From Amoebidium appalachense (Eukaryota; Protista; Ichthyosporea), in NCBI GenBank assembly GCA_963693365.1, contig CAVNZM010000001.1, positions 13,440,418 to 13,504,417 on the forward strand: a stretch of DNA of 64,000 bases, written 5' to 3'. Under the pieces are notes generated by a model. The model was not told where the DNA came from. It saw only the letters and a list, made by a program, of their open reading frames with translations, and did no database searches. The position numbers and the translations under genes were made by a program. Positions 59,640 to 64,000 of the stretch are shown in pieces. Every line of letters starts with the position of its first letter. Positions within the stretch are counted from its first letter, which is position 1.

Positions 59640-59849
59640 TTCTTTTTTTTTTTTGAGTTTTCTAAGTCGTGGTGAAGGAACAGAAGCCGGGCTTTCAAGT
59701 TTTTGTGTGTTGTGTTGTTTATAATGCTGTGACCAGAAAAAACCGAGCGGTGTGCAGTCGTGAAGTATCGACCGTGGAACTGAATAAAGATGTGGTTAGG
59801 GCCGATTCTGCCGGAATTCAATGGGCTGGTGTGTCTCTATGTCTGTGTG

Positions 59850-59958
<109 letters not shown>

Positions 59959-60180
59959 TGTGTGTGTGTGATTGGATATCATGTGTGTGTGTGATTGTGT
60001 GTCTGTGTGTGTCTGTGTGTGTTGTGTTTGTGTGTGTGTGTGTGTGTGAACATCATGTGTGTTGATTGTATGTCTGTGTGTCTGTGTGTGTTGTGTGGAT
60101 GTGTGGGTGCTTGTGTGCATGCTTGCGTGCGTGTGCGCGCGCGCCTGTGTGTGTGTGTGCGTGTGCGTGCGCGCGCGTGC

Positions 60181-60228
<48 letters not shown>

Positions 60229-60303
60229 CACGATGTGTGTGTTTGGGTTCTGGATTCAATGTGTCTTCTTCTTCTTCTTCTTCTTCTTCTTCTTTTTTTG
60301 GGT

Positions 60304-60340
<37 letters not shown>

Positions 60341-60520
60341 ACAGGGGGGAACAGACAGCACATGAGCGCTGCATTCAAAATGCATGCGCAAAAACTGAAA
60401 ACTGACCAAACTTCTATAATAAAATAAGTGCATGAGCATTCATTTTTTTTTATGTAATGGTGGTTGTGTTGGCCCTGGTGGTGGTGGTGGTTGGTGTGTG
60501 TGTGTGTGCGGCAGCGGGTG

Positions 60521-60556
<36 letters not shown>

Positions 60557-60779
60557 GGGGGGGGGGGGGGGGGAAAGGAGAGAGGAAGCTTGGTGAGAGG
60601 GGGTGGGGTGGGGTGGGGGGGAGGGGGGGCCTGAGAAATCGTGTACAAAGGGGACAGTGGGAGAGGGACAAGGAGGCGGCTCACCACCCCCCCAGCAGCC
60701 ACCACCGGTGGGGTCACCACCAGGACACAAGTGCACGGCCCACCCGGCTGACCTGCCGAGCCCACCCACTCCCCGTAGG

Positions 60780-61305
60780 CTCACCTACACTGACTTGGTG
60801 CCCCAGGCCACCTATGACGAGTGGCAGCAGCAAATCAACCTGCTCCCCCCAGACCAACCGATCACCGTTTACACGGACGGCAGCCTCACCCACCCGGGCA
60901 GGAGGACAGCCCAGGCCGGAGCCGGGGCTGTGCTGGACACCACGGACCGAAAGCACCACCAGTGACGGCCAAGACCAGGCTCCACACGGCCCTATCATCC
61001 ACCCAGGCCGAACTCACAGGGGTACTACTAGCCCTCCTACTCACCCCCACAACCATCCCCATCCACATCAAGCTCGACAACCTTGGAGTAGTCGACCGAT
61101 GGGGGGCCAATATGGACCCCACCACACCCCCTCGACGGAAGCTAAAATTCCCCCACGTAGTGGAATGGGCTCATGTACGAGACCAACTCTCCCTACGGCA
61201 ACCAGGCTCGGTACAAGTATCGAGGGTGAAGGGGCACCAATCCAACACCAAACGGTACGGTCAACGGAATAACGAGGCAGACAAGGCAGCCAATGCAGGA
61301 AGGGC
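60780..61305 (+). pseudogene. Frameshifted RNase HI domain, retrotransposon remnant
   Basis: TVYTDGS...AGAGAV, then a frameshift near 60945, then SSTQAELTGVLLAL...IKLDN...VKGHQ...NNEADKAA. These carry the D-E-D-H-D catalytic motifs. No introns, flanked by homopolymers. Confidence 0.8.
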
Positions 61306-61696
61306 CCTCCCCCCCTCCCCCCCCCCCCCTACCTCCGGCCCCAGGAAGGGGGAAGGTGGGATCATGGATGGGACCCGATGCGAGGGTGAATTGGTAGCGG
61401 GAAAGGTGGATGCTTGTTTCTGTCTGTAATACTATCCCTCTGCTATTATAATCGCTTTCTTTCTTCCTTATCCTCTCTTTCTTTCCTTCCCCTAAGGCTT
61501 TCCCCCCCCCGCCCCCCCTATCTCTCTCCCCCCACCCTCTCTCTCTCTCTCTCTCTGAGATTCTATATATATATATATCTCTCCTAGGCTATCCCCCCCC
61601 TCCCCCCCTCCCCCCCCCCCCTCCTCCCCCGGATCTCGCTCTCGCGTGCACAAATGCTTGATCGCCCACTCCATTGCTCAGACTCTTTGCCCTCCC

Positions 61697-61744
<48 letters not shown>

Positions 61745-61847
61745 CCCCCCCCCCCCCCCCCCCCCGCCGCCCCCCCTCCTCCCCCTCCCCCTTCTCCCCC
61801 TTCTCTCCATTATCAGATTCTCTCTTCGAGTCTCTCTCCCTCGCAGA

Positions 61848-61880
<33 letters not shown>

Positions 61881-62057
61881 TCCCGTCTCTCTCTCCCTAT
61901 CTCTCTCTCCCGGGCCCCCCCGCCCCCTCCCCTGTCTGTTGCTTTCTCTCTCTCCCGGAATTCTCCCTTTCCGAGACTCGCCCTCCCTCTGTGTGTGTCG
62001 TGTGTGTGTGTGTGTGTGTGTGTGTTTTGGTGGTGGTGGTGGTGGTGGTGCTGGGGG

Positions 62058-62105
<48 letters not shown>

Positions 62106-62456
62106 TATGCTTTTTTTTCCTTATAACCCGGCGCAGATATTGATTATTGTTGGCACAGCGAGGCCCTACATCTACTATGTAATTAGCCTGTTTGTGAAGT
62201 GTCGTAGTTCTCAGCAGACATTCTGCCCGGGATAAAAAAAAAGGAAAAAGAAATAAAGAACTCCCGAGGAGAGCCCCGGAAAAAGAGATGTGGCCATGGT
62301 CACGTGCACCGTGGCCGAGGGTCATCGTGGTGTGTGCGTGTGTTGACATGTGCAGCAAGTACGTACATGCGTTTGTGTATGTGGTGTCGCCGCATCAAAA
62401 GCAATCGATATCTCCAATCTCTGGCCTGTCTCTTACGAAACTGCATAGGGAGGGCG

Positions 62457-62501
<45 letters not shown>

Positions 62502-62759
62502 AGTTCGTGATAGAGTAGGAAGCACGGTGTTACACACGGGAGGCAGTTCGTGACCGAGTATGAGCACGCATTCATGACACAGACAAGAAATGCCGTTTTT
62601 GTAAAGCACACACAACTTTCAGAGCTACCGTGACCTGACCTGACCGGCTCCTCCAACCTCCGTCTGTTCGTAAGAACAACTACTCCAGCACAGTATTCCT
62701 ATATCTAAATTCGAAAGCTGGCTCCAGCCCCTTGAGGTAATGTCCCATTAAAAAGGAGG

Positions 62760-62983
62760 CCATGGCAGCACAAAGAGCATGCAATATAAAGCAGAATCCA
62801 TCCTCATGGGGGCCCCACGTTAGCCACAGTCGTACTTGAGCCGAGTTTCGACCAATTCACCTCCGGAGGAGAAGGAGGGGTGGGACTGGGAAGGGAAGGG
62901 GCGGCGGACAACACAAGGCAGGAGTGCAAACCACAAACAGCATGCATAATACACATAAAACACAGAGCCAGGGGTTTTTGTGT

Positions 62984-63014
<31 letters not shown>

Positions 63015-63170
63015 GGGGGTTTGGGTTTGAATGCGGAACACGGTACGAGGTACGCATACACGATGAGAAGCAAAGTGAAGGACACATGCAAAGGCAAACA
63101 TCCAAGTATGCAATATCAGCATTGCGCACAGTATGCGTCATAAGCAGAGCCCATCCTCATCGAGGGCCCA
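62760..63170 (-). repeat. Cluster of 2-3 copies of the SINE-like repeat family
   Basis: Reverse complement contains GGTCGAAACTCGG, TGAGGATGG(G/A)..CTGCTT and CCGCATTCAAACCC, as in 46375-46520 and 8478-8620. Confidence 0.7.
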
Positions 63171-63185
63171 AGTCATCGTGAGTGT

Positions 63186-63217
<32 letters not shown>

Positions 63218-63584
63218 TAAGTGCATAAGTGCGCCTCCACCATCACAATTAAGCTTTCCCCATGCCTCACGTAACTTACCCCCCCCCCCCCCCCCAGCGC
63301 AGCCTCAACAGAAACATCAACCCATAAAACAATTGGTCCTGCAAGATATTTATTCACCTTCAGTCTTTAAGCCCACAACCAGTTGCTTTCCTTTCGTCTC
63401 TACATCAAAGACATGAAGACAAAAAAGCATTCCGCGCCTTATCACGAAGGCAGAATACTCGAAAGAAAGTAACTCGGGACACTCAACGTAACACTAGCAA
63501 GCCAAACATTGGCCCTTTTTAATTTCTTTTCATACAAAAGATAATATACGAGTGCACACATCTGCCGTCATTCTGAAGAGTAGT

Positions 63585-63704
63585 TTAGTCGCCACCGGCC
63601 TTGAGGAGAACCTCCTTGTAGTCAATTTCGTCGGCACCTGTCGCTTGGATCTCCGTGGAGATACCCACGAGCTTCTTTCGGAGAGCATCCTTGCTGGATG
63701 CGGT
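63585..63704 (-). CDS. COF1: Cofilin copy B, last exon (rest of gene beyond right edge)
   Basis: 120-bp exon encoding the same TASSKDALRKK...KAGGD* as copy A, with 4 synonymous differences and the same CTGCAG acceptor. Confidence 0.9.
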   Translation of the reverse strand, partial: TASSKDALRKKLVGISTEIQATGADEIDYKEVLLKAGGD

Positions 63705-64000
63705 CTGCAGGTCACCAGCAACATCAGTATCCCAATGGGACACACACATCACCACTACCACCAACTAGCAGTAACTGCACATGGGCTATGTTTTTGAGCA
63801 TCAGTGACCAGGCACCAGAACAAAATGTGAGCAAACTGTATCCGTATGCATAATATACTAAGTGCTAGCATGGTTAAAAAACCCACCCCCATCCTTGCCC
63901 CCCTCTAGCGCGCCTTCTTCCGGTTTTGTAGCTTTCTAACAAAAGGCACACACAGGGTAACAGCTGGGCTGAGTACATACCAACATCTTGAGCTTGATCT

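Overview
This is eukaryotic, intron-rich genomic DNA. A true receptor tyrosine kinase alongside a Dictyostelium/fungal-type 7TM receptor suggests a unicellular holozoan such as an ichthyosporean, which is an inference. Nearly all ORF-track entries are artefacts of (CA)n/(GT)n, (CT)n and poly-C/poly-G tracts that saturate the introns. Gene models were built by hand-splicing with phase checks: fructosamine-3-kinase family (-, runs off the left edge), AN1 zinc-finger protein (+), SH3/KOW-like repeat protein exon (-), a ~1,500-aa low-complexity tail-anchored protein ending [13 protein letters not shown] (KASH-like, -), BTB/POZ + NHL protein (+), degenerate GT64/EXTL-like glycosyltransferase (-), receptor tyrosine kinase (+), 10-exon cAMP-receptor/Git3-like GPCR with a probable GC-AG intron (+), and cofilin/ADF (+) with an inverted near-identical second copy entering from the right edge. 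Mobile and repeat content includes a LINE RT with poly-A tail, an RNase H remnant, several fold-back/MITE-like elements, a hAT-like element, a TSD-flanked short retroposon, a dispersed SINE-like family whose copies end at C-tracts, and a ~24 x 52-bp satellite. The most interesting leads are the KASH-like protein, the G/GT-to-C/CA polarity of intron repeats, and the C-tailed repeat family. All family assignments come from motif recognition by eye; no database searches were run.
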